A stretch of DNA of 64,000 nt from Planctomycetota bacterium (GCA_038231435.1 JBBRLJ010000017.1:44676-108675); one strand, 5' to 3'; counted from the stretch's first letter, positions 10,194-20,507 are shown. Numbers and translations are program-made. The notes: generated from the letters alone by a model not told the origin.

Positions 10194-11660
10194 TCAGCGG
10201 CGGAGACGTACGAGGAAGCTGCGGTTGTCGCGCAGCACCTGCAAGGTGACTTCCTTACGCTTGGCGAGCGCCGCAGCATCGTCGAGCGTGCGCAGTTCGC
10301 GCAGCGTCCGCTCGTGCAGCAGGCGGTCACCGACCGCGAATTCCGCGACGCCCGCCGGACTGTCCGGCTCCACTCCGGTGACCACCAGGCCGGGGCCGTC
10401 GTCGGTGCCGACGCGCAGGCCGAAACCCTTGAGCTCGACATCCTGCTCCTGCGAGCGTTGCTTGAGGATCTCATCGCGATCGACGGGCAGGATCTTCTCC
10501 TCGACTTCCTTGCCGGCGCGCCAGATGCGCAGCGCCATCGGCTCGCCGATGCGGCAGCTGGCGACGCGCGCGCGGAAGTTCATCAGGCTCTGGATGCGCA
10601 TGGTGTTCACCGCCAGGACGATGTCGTTCTTCTGCAGGCCGCCTTCGGACGCGGGGGACTTCGGCAGCACGCGGGTGATGCGCACCGTCTGCACCGCCGG
10701 CAGGCCGAGCTGCTGCGCCTGCTCGGCGGTGAGCAGATCCATGTCCACGCCGATGCCGGGCCAGCGCACGTGGCCGTTCGCGACGATGTCCTCGGCGACG
10801 TGGCGGGCGAGATTCGACGGGATGGCGAAGCCGATGCCGATGTTGACGTGGGTGCTGCTGAGGATGTTGGCGTTCACACCGATGATCTTGCCCTCGATCG
10901 AGACCAGCGGTCCGCCGCTGTTGCCGGGATTGATCGCGGCGTCGGTCTGGATGAAGGACTCGAGCCCGCGCATCGCCTCGTAGATGCCGGTCGAACGGTC
11001 GGTGGCCGAGACGATACCCGAGGTGGCGCTGTAGCCGACGCCCAGAGGATACCCGAGCGCGAGCACCCAATCGCCGACGTGCACCGCGTCCGAATTGCCC
11101 CAATCGATGGTGGGGAGATGCGGCACGGGGATCTTGATCACCGCGAGATCCGTGCTCAGGTCGAAGCCAACGTATTCGGCCTCGACCTGGCGGTTGTCGT
11201 TCAGCTGCACCACCAGGCGGTCGTAACCCACCGGCTGGTTGTTGCGCCCGCGCACGAACTCCTGCTCGTGGTTGGTCTGCAGCACGACGTGCGAATTGGT
11301 GAGGATGAAGCTGAACTTGTCGTCGGTGTGGAAGACGAAGCCCGAACCCTCGCCGACCTCGACCTCGCGGCTGGTGGTGTCGCCGGACCAGGAATAGGCG
11401 GCGGACATCTCTTCGCGCGTCTTGATCGCGACCACGCTCGGCGCGACCACCTCATCGACCAGGTTGAAGGCCCGCGACAGCACCGCGATCTCCTTGCCCA
11501 GCGCCGCGAGCTCGTCCTTGGCCTTCGCCCGGGCGGATTCATCCAGCGCGTGCGCGTGCGGCGCGGCGAGCGCGCACGCCGCGATCAGCGCGACCCGAGC
11601 TGGCCACCACGTCGGCGATCGAGCGAGGATTCTGGAAGCGATTGGCATGGGATTCTCCAC
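10194..11660 (-). CDS. HtrA/DegP-family serine protease with PDZ domains
   Basis: GSGFV, LTNSHVV, TDLAVIK, IQTDAAINPGNSGGPL; two PDZ-like C-terminal regions; signal peptide. Confidence 0.93.
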   Translation of the reverse strand: MENPMPIASRILARSPTWWPARVALIAACALAAPHAHALDESARAKAKDELAALGKEIAVLSRAFNLVDEVVAPSVVAIKTREEMSAAYSWSGDTTSREVEVGEGSGFVFHTDDKFSFILTNSHVVLQTNHEQEFVRGRNNQPVGYDRLVVQLNDNRQVEAEYVGFDLSTDLAVIKIPVPHLPTIDWGNSDAVHVGDWVLALGYPLGVGYSATSGIVSATDRSTGIYEAMRGLESFIQTDAAINPGNSGGPLVSIEGKIIGVNANILSSTHVNIGIGFAIPSNLARHVAEDIVANGHVRWPGIGVDMDLLTAEQAQQLGLPAVQTVRITRVLPKSPASEGGLQKNDIVLAVNTMRIQSLMNFRARVASCRIGEPMALRIWRAGKEVEEKILPVDRDEILKQRSQEQDVELKGFGLRVGTDDGPGLVVTGVEPDSPAGVAEFAVGDRLLHERTLRELRTLDDAAALAKRKEVTLQVLRDNRSFLVRLRR

Positions 11661-11813
11661 GTGTGACCACTACCCTGGACGGTCCGGGGCGATGGATCCT
11701 ACATGGGAACAGCACAGGGGAATCGCGGCCGGGCGGAGGGCGTTGGATCCGGTGGGCCGGACGGACGGGGTTCTTTACGGCGGAGAGCTACCGCGGGAAG
11801 CTACCGCGGACCG

Positions 11814-12398
11814 CTATTGCGGAGGGCACCAGAAGGTCTGGTCATCGCGGTAGGCGCCGACCGGCTGGGCCGGGATGGTCTCGGTGCCCGAGCCGCGGAA
11901 CGGGAAGGGCCCGCGTTCGCCGTCACCGACTGGGATCAGGCCGATCGGCTCGCGCGCGCCGCGCTCGATCGGATCGCCAGGGACGCCGACCGGATAGTCC
12001 TTCTGTGGGGGATAAGCGGCGCCCGGGAAAGGGCCCTTGTCCAGGGCGCCGACCGCCACCACGTCTGCGGTTTCCGGATGCAGCCCCGGATCCTGGATGC
12101 CGAGCATCGTCTGGCCTTTGAACTTCTGCCCGGGCGTCTTGCAGTCCACGCGTTGGCGATGCAGCGTGTCGATCGCGGGCGGATTCGCCGGCAGCTCGTA
12201 GACTTCCTTGTCGCCCGACCAGGTCATGCGCTCGTGCAGCGAGAAGGAGTCGTCCGCGGACACGGGGATGTAGCGCGTCTGGTAATACATGTCGCCGCAG
12301 CCGGTGACCGCGAGGAGCATCGCGGACAGCACGACCACCAGCAGTGGACCTCGCCGCGGCGGGACCAGCAACCGGAGCGCCGACAGGGGCTTGCGCAT
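11814..12398 (-). CDS. Hypothetical Pro/Gly-rich lipoprotein
   Basis: Hydrophobic leader with a lipobox-like VTGC; no family recognised. Confidence 0.6.
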   Translation of the reverse strand: MRKPLSALRLLVPPRRGPLLVVVLSAMLLAVTGCGDMYYQTRYIPVSADDSFSLHERMTWSGDKEVYELPANPPAIDTLHRQRVDCKTPGQKFKGQTMLGIQDPGLHPETADVVAVGALDKGPFPGAAYPPQKDYPVGVPGDPIERGAREPIGLIPVGDGERGPFPFRGSGTETIPAQPVGAYRDDQTFWCPPQ

Positions 12399-12689
12399 GC
12401 GGGCATGACAGCCGTGGCAGGGCCCGGCTCAACCGGAAATCTGGCGTCGCGAGGGGGGTGAGTGGTGTACCAGGCGATCGCAGGTCCATCCACGGAGCCC
12501 ATCCACGGAACCCATCCCCCTTCCCGGGCCGCGGTCGCCGGGCCGGGTGATGGCCGAGCGGTGGGCCGGCGTCCCCGCTTTGGGCGGACCTCGGAGCCTC
12601 GTCCCGCCATCGCGGCGATTGCGTCAGCAGGCAATGCCGTTCCGGGCCTGCCCCCTAGCCGCGGCGCATGCCTGACTAGAGTCTCGGCC

Positions 12690-13625
12690 ATGCCCGACGA
12701 CGCGGTGTTGCGCACGGTGCACCTCACCAAGGTGTACGCCGATTTCTGGGGCCGTCCGCGGGTGACGGCGCTCGACGACCTGTCGCTCGAGGTACGGCCC
12801 GGCGAGGTCTTCGGCCTGCTCGGTCCCAACGGTTCGGGCAAGACCACCACCATCAAGCTGCTGCTCGGCCTGATTCGTCCAAGCAAAGGCGACGCATTCG
12901 TCTTCGGTCGCGATCCGGGCGACCGCGCGGTCAAGGAGCGGGTCGGCTACCTGCCCGAGGAGACCTATCTCTACAAGTTCCTCGACGCCGAGGAGACGCT
13001 GCGCTTCTTCGGCCGCCTGTTCTCGCTGCCGAGCGCGGTGATCGCCAAGCGCTCCGCCGAGCTCATCGAGCTGGTCGGCCTGTCCGGCGCCCGAAAACGG
13101 CGGCTCGGCGAATATTCGAAGGGCATGGCGCGGCGGCTCGGGTTGGCCCAGGCATTGATCAACGATCCCAGCTTGGTGGTGCTCGACGAGCCGACCTCCG
13201 GCCTCGACCCGATCGGCTCGGCCGAGGTCAAGGACCTGATCGTACGCCTGAAGAGTCAGGGCAAGACCGTGCTGCTGTGCAGCCATCTGCTGGCCGACGT
13301 CGAGGACGTCTGCGACCGCATCGCCATCCTGCACCAGGGCGTGCTGCGCGAGTGCGGCCCGGTCGGCGAGCTGCTGCGTGCGGACCACCGCGTCACCGTC
13401 GAGCTCGATCGCCCGTCGCCGGAGCGCCTCGAGGCGGTGAAGAACGCGGCGGGCGACTCGCTGATCGGCGTCGCCCCGCCGCGCGAACGCCTCGAGGCGC
13501 ATTTCCGCCGCATCATCGCCGGATCTCGCGCGGGCGCCGGTCAGGCGGCGGGTCAGACGGAGAAGCCCTCTGCGCCCTCCGCGCCATCGCAACCAGCGGC
13601 CGATGAGCGGAGCGCATCGCCGTGA
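12690..13625 (+). CDS. ABC transporter ATP-binding protein
   Basis: Walker A GPNGSGKTT, signature YSKGM, Walker B VVLDEPTSGLDP, H-loop CSH. Confidence 0.93.
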   Translation: MPDDAVLRTVHLTKVYADFWGRPRVTALDDLSLEVRPGEVFGLLGPNGSGKTTTIKLLLGLIRPSKGDAFVFGRDPGDRAVKERVGYLPEETYLYKFLDAEETLRFFGRLFSLPSAVIAKRSAELIELVGLSGARKRRLGEYSKGMARRLGLAQALINDPSLVVLDEPTSGLDPIGSAEVKDLIVRLKSQGKTVLLCSHLLADVEDVCDRIAILHQGVLRECGPVGELLRADHRVTVELDRPSPERLEAVKNAAGDSLIGVAPPRERLEAHFRRIIAGSRAGAGQAAGQTEKPSAPSAPSQPAADERSASP

Positions 13626-14944
13626 ACGCCCTCATTGGCGGCCTGCGCGCCGCGGCCGCCCTCGCCGGCGTGACCGTGCGCGAGGCCGCGCGCCAGCACC
13701 TGTGGATCGTCTTCGCCGGGGTCGCCCTGGTGCTCTGCGTCGCCCTGGGAAACCTCTCGGCCGTCGACCCGTCGGCGCGGCTCAAGCTCGCGGTGGTGGT
13801 GGTCACCACTGGGCTCGGCTTCGCGGTGACGCTGCTGGCGATGCTGGTCGGGCCGAGCCAGCTGCGCCGCGATCTCGATGCTCGCGTCGGCATGATGCTG
13901 TTCTCGAAACCGCTGACCAGGCTCGCCTATCTCGGCGGTCGCTGGTTCGGGGTGATCGCCGGACTGGCGATGGGATCGCTGGCGTTGGCGGCCATCGGCT
14001 CGGCGCTGATCGCCTGGCGTGTCGCCGGCCTGCCCGAGATGCACCGCATCGAGCGCGCGAGCTCGTGGCAGGAGATCAGCAGCCTCGGCGAGGTGATCGC
14101 GGTCAAGGAGGGCCGCAAGCACGTGGTGCTCGGCGGCGCGCCGGGAAACGCCGTGCGCTTTCATCTCGAGCGGCTCCCGCACGCGGGACCCGAGGGCCTC
14201 GAGGTGCTGGTGCGCGTCGACCTGCGCAGCTTCGATCCGAACGAGGCAGTCGAGTATGCCGGCGCCGAGATCGTCGCCTCCGCTTCCGCGGCGTTCACCG
14301 CGCCGACGGTGCTCGCGCTCGATCCCGCGAGTCCCTACGGCCATGGCGGTGGAGATATGGTCGGCGACGGAGGCTCCGTGCAGCTGCGCTCGCGCGACGA
14401 ATCGCACCAGGACCTGTCGCAGGACTACTGCCGCCTGCGCCTGCCTGGCGCCTGCATCTCGCCGTCTGGCGATTCGTGGATCCAGGTGGTGCGCCTCGAG
14501 GGCCGCGCCGGATTCTCGATCGACCAGACCGGGACGGTGCTCGCCGCGGTACCCGGCGGCAATTTCCTGGTGAACCTCGTGCGCGGGTCATGCGTGCTGC
14601 TCGCCCAGGCCGGGCTGCTCACCGCGTTCGCCCTGCTCATCGCCTGCGTCAGCAACCTTGGCGTCACCCTGCTCGGCAGCATGACGCTGTTCTTCGCGGG
14701 CAACGCCCTCGACTCGCTGCGCGACACCCTGACCTACGATGACCCCAAGGCTCCGGTGCGCCGGATCATGGGACTGGCCCTGCATATCCTGCCCGATTTC
14801 GACCGTTTCGGCGTGGCGGCGCAGTTGGCCGCGGGCCAATCGATCGGCTGGGACATGGTGGCCGCCGCGTGGGTGTACTACGGAGCCTTCGCCGTGCTGT
14901 TCCTGATGATCGCATGGTTCACGCTCGCGCGGAGGGAGCTGTGA
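13622..14944 (+). CDS. ABC-2-type permease with a large extracytoplasmic insertion
   Basis: GTG start overlaps the ATPase stop; SKPLTRLAYLGGRWFG motif, several TM helices, ends ARREL. Confidence 0.82.
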   Translation: MNALIGGLRAAAALAGVTVREAARQHLWIVFAGVALVLCVALGNLSAVDPSARLKLAVVVVTTGLGFAVTLLAMLVGPSQLRRDLDARVGMMLFSKPLTRLAYLGGRWFGVIAGLAMGSLALAAIGSALIAWRVAGLPEMHRIERASSWQEISSLGEVIAVKEGRKHVVLGGAPGNAVRFHLERLPHAGPEGLEVLVRVDLRSFDPNEAVEYAGAEIVASASAAFTAPTVLALDPASPYGHGGGDMVGDGGSVQLRSRDESHQDLSQDYCRLRLPGACISPSGDSWIQVVRLEGRAGFSIDQTGTVLAAVPGGNFLVNLVRGSCVLLAQAGLLTAFALLIACVSNLGVTLLGSMTLFFAGNALDSLRDTLTYDDPKAPVRRIMGLALHILPDFDRFGVAAQLAAGQSIGWDMVAAAWVYYGAFAVLFLMIAWFTLARREL

Positions 14945-15008
14945 ACGTCCGTAGCCCGTCCACTGTCCGCAAGGGCTCTCGAGGACGAAAGTTCCCGAGG
15001 CCGACGCG

Positions 15009-16079
15009 ATGAGATCCCGCACCTGCGTGATCGCGGGCGTCGCGTGCCTGGTGGCGGCGCAGCTGCTGGCCAGCTTCCCGCTGGCGCGGGCGCGCCAGTC
15101 GCTGGTGCCGAACCACGAGATCTACGAGGCCCTCACCCCCGGCGAGTTCGCCGGCACGCTGATGCTGGGTGGTTTTCGCGGGCTCGCCTGCGACCTGCTG
15201 TGGATCCGCGCCGACAACGCCAAGGAGTTGGGCCACTACTACGAGAGCCTGGCGCTGTTCCAGGCGATCAGCCGCATCCAGCCGCGCTTCGAGCAGATCT
15301 GGACGTACATGTCATGGGACATGGCGTACAACATCGGCCACGAGGTCGAGGACGAAGATACCAAGTGGACGTGGATGCTCGCGGGCATCCAGACCAACGT
15401 GCGCGGCTGCCTGCGCAATCCCACCAGCGAACGCGTGCTGCGCCACCTCGCCTGGATGTTCAACCATCGCGGCGACCTCTTCAAGTCGCGCATCGAGGCG
15501 ACGGCGTGGGAACCGCTGCTCGGTCCGGTGATTGACAATGTCAACCGCGAGCTGCCAGAGGCCAAGCGCGTGCCGCCGTTCCCGCGCGGGCCCGGCGCGA
15601 AGGGAGAGGGGCTGGGCAACTTCCGCATCTCCGCCGTGATCTATCGCGCAGCGGTTGCGCTCGCCGAGGCGCGCGGCATCGATCAGTCGCAATTCGTGCG
15701 GCGCATGGTGCCGCTCGCCATCGAGAGCGACGGCAATCTGGCGCGCAACGGCGGCCATCATCTGGCCGCGCTGCGGATCTGGATCGAGGCGCTCAAGGAA
15801 TGGCAGCGGGTGCGTGCATACTACGATGCCGTCACCGGCGATGATGAGGACAAGACGCGGCGTGAGTTCGGCATCGACAGCTACGAACGCAACGAAGGCC
15901 ATCTGCGCCGCAAGACCGCCGAACTCGCCCGCCAGCTGGCTCCTGATCCCGCCGAGGGCGAGCGGTTCGCCTCGGCGGTGCTGGAGCGGCGATTCACCGA
16001 AGCCCTGGGCATGCTCGAACATCAGGGCTGGCTGGCCAGCGCGCGGCACGGGCACATCCACTGGCTCGACGAGCGATGA
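15009..16079 (+). CDS. Conserved hypothetical helical/TPR-like protein associated with the ABC transporter
   Basis: N-terminal hydrophobic anchor; LGGFRGLACDLLWIRA...IQPRFEQIWTYMSWDMAYNI; operonic position. Confidence 0.7.
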   Translation: MRSRTCVIAGVACLVAAQLLASFPLARARQSLVPNHEIYEALTPGEFAGTLMLGGFRGLACDLLWIRADNAKELGHYYESLALFQAISRIQPRFEQIWTYMSWDMAYNIGHEVEDEDTKWTWMLAGIQTNVRGCLRNPTSERVLRHLAWMFNHRGDLFKSRIEATAWEPLLGPVIDNVNRELPEAKRVPPFPRGPGAKGEGLGNFRISAVIYRAAVALAEARGIDQSQFVRRMVPLAIESDGNLARNGGHHLAALRIWIEALKEWQRVRAYYDAVTGDDEDKTRREFGIDSYERNEGHLRRKTAELARQLAPDPAEGERFASAVLERRFTEALGMLEHQGWLASARHGHIHWLDER

Positions 16080-17002
16080 CGACGGGCAATTCCGCCGGCG
16101 CCTCCCAGGTCAACGGACAGGCCCTGGCGATCGGCAAATTCGACGCGCTGCATCTCGGTCACCGCGCGCTCGCCGAGCGTGCGACGACCTTCGGGCCCGC
16201 GCTGCTGCTCGGCTTCACCGGCATGGCCGAGGTGCTGGGCTGGCCGCCACGGCGCCCATTGATCGCCCCGTCCGACCGTCCGCGCGTGCTGGGGTTGTGG
16301 TCGCGCGAGCTGGGCGCGCCGATCAGCCATGCGGCGCTCGCCTTCCCCGAGATCCAGCCGCTATCGGCCGGGGAATTCCTCGATCTCGTGCGCGCGCGCT
16401 TCGCCGCCACGGCGGTGGTCGTCGGCGAGGATTTCCGCGGCGGTCGCGGGCGCTCCGCCGGCGTCGCGGAACTGCGCGAGCTCGCTGTGGTGCGCGGTCT
16501 GGCATTCGCAGCGGTGCCACCGGTCATGCATCAGGGCGCGCCGATCTCGTCGAGCCGCGTGCGCGAGGCGCTCGCCGCCGGCGATGTCGCGTCGGCGCGG
16601 GTCCTCCTCGGCCGGCCCCATCGCCTGGTCGGCACCGTGGTGCGCGGCGACGGCCGTGGGCGCTCGATCGGCGTACCCACCGCCAATTGCGGCGAACGCG
16701 AGAACCAGGAACCCGCGACCGGCGTCTACGCCGCCATGGTCGGGGTCGGCGGTGGTGGCGAGCGCCATCCCGCGGCGGTCAACGTCGGGCGCGCGCCGAC
16801 GGTGGGCCCCGATCGCCCGCTGACCGTCGAGGCGCACCTGATCGGCGCGCAGCGCGATTGCTACGGCGAGCGCATCGCGATCGACTTCATCGCCAGGCTG
16901 CGCGAGGAACGCCGTTTCCCCTCCCTGGACTCCTTGAAGACGCAGCTGGCCCTCGACATCGCCGCCGCCACGGTTGCCGTACGCTCATCAGCCGACGGTT
17001 AA
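16076..17002 (+). CDS. ribF: Bifunctional riboflavin kinase/FAD synthetase
   Basis: IGKFDALHLGH, VVGEDFRGG, ISSSRVREAL, GRGRSIGVPTAN, VEAHL, LREERRF. Confidence 0.93.
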   Translation: MTTGNSAGASQVNGQALAIGKFDALHLGHRALAERATTFGPALLLGFTGMAEVLGWPPRRPLIAPSDRPRVLGLWSRELGAPISHAALAFPEIQPLSAGEFLDLVRARFAATAVVVGEDFRGGRGRSAGVAELRELAVVRGLAFAAVPPVMHQGAPISSSRVREALAAGDVASARVLLGRPHRLVGTVVRGDGRGRSIGVPTANCGERENQEPATGVYAAMVGVGGGGERHPAAVNVGRAPTVGPDRPLTVEAHLIGAQRDCYGERIAIDFIARLREERRFPSLDSLKTQLALDIAAATVAVRSSADG

Positions 17003-17133
17003 CGCGCAGATACGTCACCGGATCGCCCATCACTGTTCACGCAGGGCACGAATCTCCAACGCTCCTCCCCATCGCTCGGGGCAGGCCGGTGTGAGGCTCC
17101 GGCCGATCCCGGTCAGTCCCGGTTGGTGATGCC

Positions 17134-17171
17134 AGGCCGATGTCAGGGGCCGAAGCCCCCCAACCGAGAGC
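17134..17171 (-). repeat. Repeat family B, copy 2 (partial)
   Basis: Reverse strand reads GCTCTCGGTTGGGGGGCTTCGGCCCCTGACATCGGCCT. Confidence 0.6.
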
Positions 17172-17208
17172 TTTGCTTGGCGCGCCGCATGGGGATGATG
17201 CTTCGCCG

Positions 17209-18282
17209 ATGAGCGAACACGCCGATCTCGCCGCGTCCGTGCGCGAAGCGCTGCGCAGCGTGCAGGATCCCGATCTGCACAAGGATCTGGTCGCGCTCGA
17301 CATGGTGCGCGACATCAGCGTGCGCGAGGGAGTGGCGCGCTTCCGGCTGGTGCTCACCACCGGCGCCTGCCCGGTGAAGCAGCAGCTCGAGGACCAGTGC
17401 CGCGCCGCGGCGCTGTCGGTGGCCGGAGTCGTGCGCGCCGAGATCGCGGTCTCGGCCGAGGTGCCGAAGGGCGCGACGATGAGCGACGTGCTTCCCGGCG
17501 TGCGTCATGTGATTGGCATCGGCTCGGGCAAGGGTGGCGTGGGCAAGAGCACGGTGACGGTGAACCTCGCCTGCGCCCTGGCCGCGGCGGGCGCGCGCGT
17601 CGGCCTGCTCGACGCCGACATCTATGGCCCGTCGATCCCGATGATGATGGGCATCAACCAGCAGCCTTTTGTTATCAACAAGAAGCTGGTGCCGGTGGTC
17701 GGCCATGGCGTGCGCCTGATCTCGATGGGCTTCCTGCTCGACGAGAAGCAGCCGGTGATCTGGCGCGGGCCGATGATCGTGGGCGCGCTCAAGCAGTTCA
17801 TCACCGACGTCGACTGGGGCGAGCTCGACTACCTGCTGGTGGACCTGCCACCCGGCACCGGCGACATCCAGTTGACCCTGACCCAGACCGTCCCGCTCGC
17901 CGGCGCGGTGATCGTATCCACGCCCCAGGCGGTGGCGCTCATGGACGCGCGGCGCTCGGTGGCGATGTTCGCGAAGGTGAACGTGCCGATCTTCGGCATC
18001 GTCGAGAACATGAGCGAATTCGTCTGCCCGAGCTGCGGACACGTCGAATCGATCTTCGGCCGCGGTGGCGCTGAACGCGAGGCCGCGGCCCTGGCGGTGC
18101 CGTTCCTGGGCTCGGTGCCGCTCGAGCCCGGCGTTCGCGCCGCCGGCGACGACGGCACGCCGATCGTCATCAGCGCGCCGCACAGCCGCAGCGCGCTCGC
18201 CTTCCGCGCGGTCGCCGAGAAGGTCGCGCAGCGCGCGAGCATCGCGGCGCTGGAGCCGGCGAAGACCCAGCCCCTGGGATAG
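17209..18282 (+). CDS. mrp: Mrp/ApbC (NBP35 family) Fe-S cluster carrier ATPase
   Basis: N-terminal DUF59-like domain (VQDPDL...CPVK), GSGKGGVGKST, DADIYGPS, DLPPGTGD, VENMSEFVCPSCGH. Confidence 0.94.
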   Translation: MSEHADLAASVREALRSVQDPDLHKDLVALDMVRDISVREGVARFRLVLTTGACPVKQQLEDQCRAAALSVAGVVRAEIAVSAEVPKGATMSDVLPGVRHVIGIGSGKGGVGKSTVTVNLACALAAAGARVGLLDADIYGPSIPMMMGINQQPFVINKKLVPVVGHGVRLISMGFLLDEKQPVIWRGPMIVGALKQFITDVDWGELDYLLVDLPPGTGDIQLTLTQTVPLAGAVIVSTPQAVALMDARRSVAMFAKVNVPIFGIVENMSEFVCPSCGHVESIFGRGGAEREAAALAVPFLGSVPLEPGVRAAGDDGTPIVISAPHSRSALAFRAVAEKVAQRASIAALEPAKTQPLG

Positions 18283-18375
18283 ACGGAGAAGATGGAAGAG
18301 CGAAGAAGGAAGATGAGCATGCCCGCCAGGCTGCCTCGTCGAGCTTCCATCTTCTTCTTCTCCCGTCTCCGGCAG

Positions 18376-19224
18376 TCACTCCCTGACTGCGACCTTGCAC
18401 CCCGGCAGCACCAGGTCGAAGACCGCCGCGATATCCTCCTGCGCAAGCCGCACGCAACCGTGGCTGCTGCGCTTCTCCAGCCACGCGTCCGGGTGCTCGG
18501 CGGTGTAGCCATGGATGCCGATGCCCCGGAACGAAGCGTCCGGGAGCGGGTCGAAACCCATCCAGAATCCGCCGAGCACGTTTCCCGGATCCTTCGGTGC
18601 GAACAGCTTGTGGGTATCCGGATCCCGCCATTCGGGATCGCGCACGCTGACGGCGATGGTGGTGACGCCGAGCGGCGTCTCCTGCCCTGATTTCCCGACC
18701 GAGACCGGGAACGCGGCGACCAGCGTGCGGCCATGCCACACCAGCAGGCGGAACCGCGTCCGGCTCACTACCAGGGCCATGGGCACCGCCGCCGCGTCGA
18801 TCAACTTGAGCGGCCGGCCGGGCACGAGCTCGGGCCGACGATTCAGCCGCGCGATCATGCCCGCGCCGAGGCGATGCCGACGCGCGATCCCGGAGGCGGT
18901 CTCCTTCGCGGCGACCACGTGCAGTCCGACCCCGAGCCCTTCCATGCCTGGCACCAGTTCCGGCGACAGGAACACGCGGCGGCAATAGGGCGTGAGCCGA
19001 TCGGCGAGCTTCGCCGCCCGCTCCGGCGTCGCCGCGATCACCACCTCGCTGCCCGCCACGATCAAGGGCACCACCCCAGCGGGATCGCGATCGGCGCGCG
19101 CGAACAGCGCCTCGAGCTCGGCTCCCGCCGCGTCCGCGCCCTCGACGAGGGAACCCGCGCCGACTCCAACGCCGATGAGGGAGCAGCCGATGAGCATAGC
19201 GATGATGACCGACGTCGCGCGCAC
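18376..19224 (-). CDS. LysM + L,D-transpeptidase (YkuD family)
   Basis: LysM-like HVVAAKETASGIARRH; catalytic motif GIGIHG...SSHGCVRL. Confidence 0.88.
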   Translation of the reverse strand: MRATSVIIAMLIGCSLIGVGVGAGSLVEGADAAGAELEALFARADRDPAGVVPLIVAGSEVVIAATPERAAKLADRLTPYCRRVFLSPELVPGMEGLGVGLHVVAAKETASGIARRHRLGAGMIARLNRRPELVPGRPLKLIDAAAVPMALVVSRTRFRLLVWHGRTLVAAFPVSVGKSGQETPLGVTTIAVSVRDPEWRDPDTHKLFAPKDPGNVLGGFWMGFDPLPDASFRGIGIHGYTAEHPDAWLEKRSSHGCVRLAQEDIAAVFDLVLPGCKVAVRE

Positions 19225-19275
19225 GCGGCCATCCTAACGATGGATCACCTGCCCGGAAGCCGCTGGCCGCGCCAG

Positions 19276-19824
19276 CTAGTAGCGGTTGAGGCCGACCGGG
19301 TGCGCGAGCGGAGGTCGCGAACGGTGGCCCTGCTGATCGCGCTGCGGATCCACCAGTACCGCACGGCCATCGCGCAGGATCACGTACGAGGGATGCGCTG
19401 GATCCTGGCCGGCGACGCGGATCACCTCGGTGTCCACGCCTTCCGCCAACGGCCCGTTCGGCGGCATCGCCGCAAGCTTGGCGGCGAGCGTGGAGTCGCC
19501 GTGCGAGGCCGTCGACCACGCGGCGCCCACCAGCAGCAGCAGGGTCGCGGCGATAGCGGCCGCCCAGGCGCGCGGCAGCCGATAGCGCAGGATACGGGGC
19601 CCGTGATCGGGAATGCCATGCTCGAGCGCCAGGGACACCAGGTCGTGGCGGGCGAGGCTCTCTTGGCAATCGCCGCAGCGCGAGAGATGCGCGAACAGCG
19701 CCGGGTCGCCCTCGGCGTCGAGCGTGCCGTCGGCGACCAGCGCCAGCAGCGCCTCGGCCTCGTCGCAGGCGAGCTCGCGGTCATCTGGTCCGCCACCAGG
19801 AAGAGTTGCCAGGGGATCGCTCAC
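19276..19824 (-). CDS. Zinc-binding anti-sigma factor (zf-HC2) with a TM helix
   Basis: HLSRCGDC (HxxxCxxC) and a single TM; overlaps the ECF sigma stop. Confidence 0.85.
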   Translation of the reverse strand: MSDPLATLPGGGPDDRELACDEAEALLALVADGTLDAEGDPALFAHLSRCGDCQESLARHDLVSLALEHGIPDHGPRILRYRLPRAWAAAIAATLLLLVGAAWSTASHGDSTLAAKLAAMPPNGPLAEGVDTEVIRVAGQDPAHPSYVILRDGRAVLVDPQRDQQGHRSRPPLAHPVGLNRY

Positions 19825-20507
19825 AGCTCGCCCTCGGCGATGTCATCGAGCCGGGTCTTGAGGGTGGCACGTCCGCGGCACAGGCGCACCTCGACAGCCT
19901 GCCTGCTGATGCCGAGGCGCTCGGCGATGGCGATGTGGTCGAGCCCTTCCTCAACGCGTAGGCGGATGACCTCGCGCTGGCTGTAAGGCAGCTCGGCGAG
20001 CGCCCGACGCACAGCCGCCAGGCGCTCGTCGCTGACGACCTGATCTCCGGGGCCGCGGCCGAGGTCGCCGACCGCGGGGTGCTCGCCGAGGGCATCGCTC
20101 GAATGCTGCCGGCGGCGATCCTCGCGGCGCAGATGGTCGAGGCAGGCGTTGCGTGCGAGCTGGAACAGCCAGCCGCGGATCGCCGCGACATCGCGCACGC
20201 TGTCGACTCGGCGCAGCACCTTGAGGCTGACTTCCTGGTAGAGGTCGTCGACGGTGGCCGCGTCGCGGACGTAACGCTGGATGACGCGGCGGAGGGTGCC
20301 CTCCTCACGGGTCAGCAGGTAGAGGGCCTGCGTCGCCTCAGGCACGGCGGACGGCACGGCGGACACGGCCAAGGGCAGGGATGCGGCGGCCATCGCCATG
20401 ATAGACGATGGCGGGGCCGATGAGCTTACATCGCTCCTGACAGTGTGGATGGCACCGTGGATGGCACCGGCTCCGGCCGCTTCGGTACGATCGCCATCCG
20501 AGCCCAT
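19821..20507 (-). CDS. ECF RNA polymerase sigma factor
   Basis: Region 2 DDLYQEVSLKV...WLFQLARNACLDHLRR; region 4 LPYSQREVIRLR...IAERLGIS..AVEVRLCRGR; start uncertain. Confidence 0.9.
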   Translation of the reverse strand: MGSDGDRTEAAGAGAIHGAIHTVRSDVSSSAPPSSIMAMAAASLPLAVSAVPSAVPEATQALYLLTREEGTLRRVIQRYVRDAATVDDLYQEVSLKVLRRVDSVRDVAAIRGWLFQLARNACLDHLRREDRRRQHSSDALGEHPAVGDLGRGPGDQVVSDERLAAVRRALAELPYSQREVIRLRVEEGLDHIAIAERLGISRQAVEVRLCRGRATLKTRLDDIAEGEL

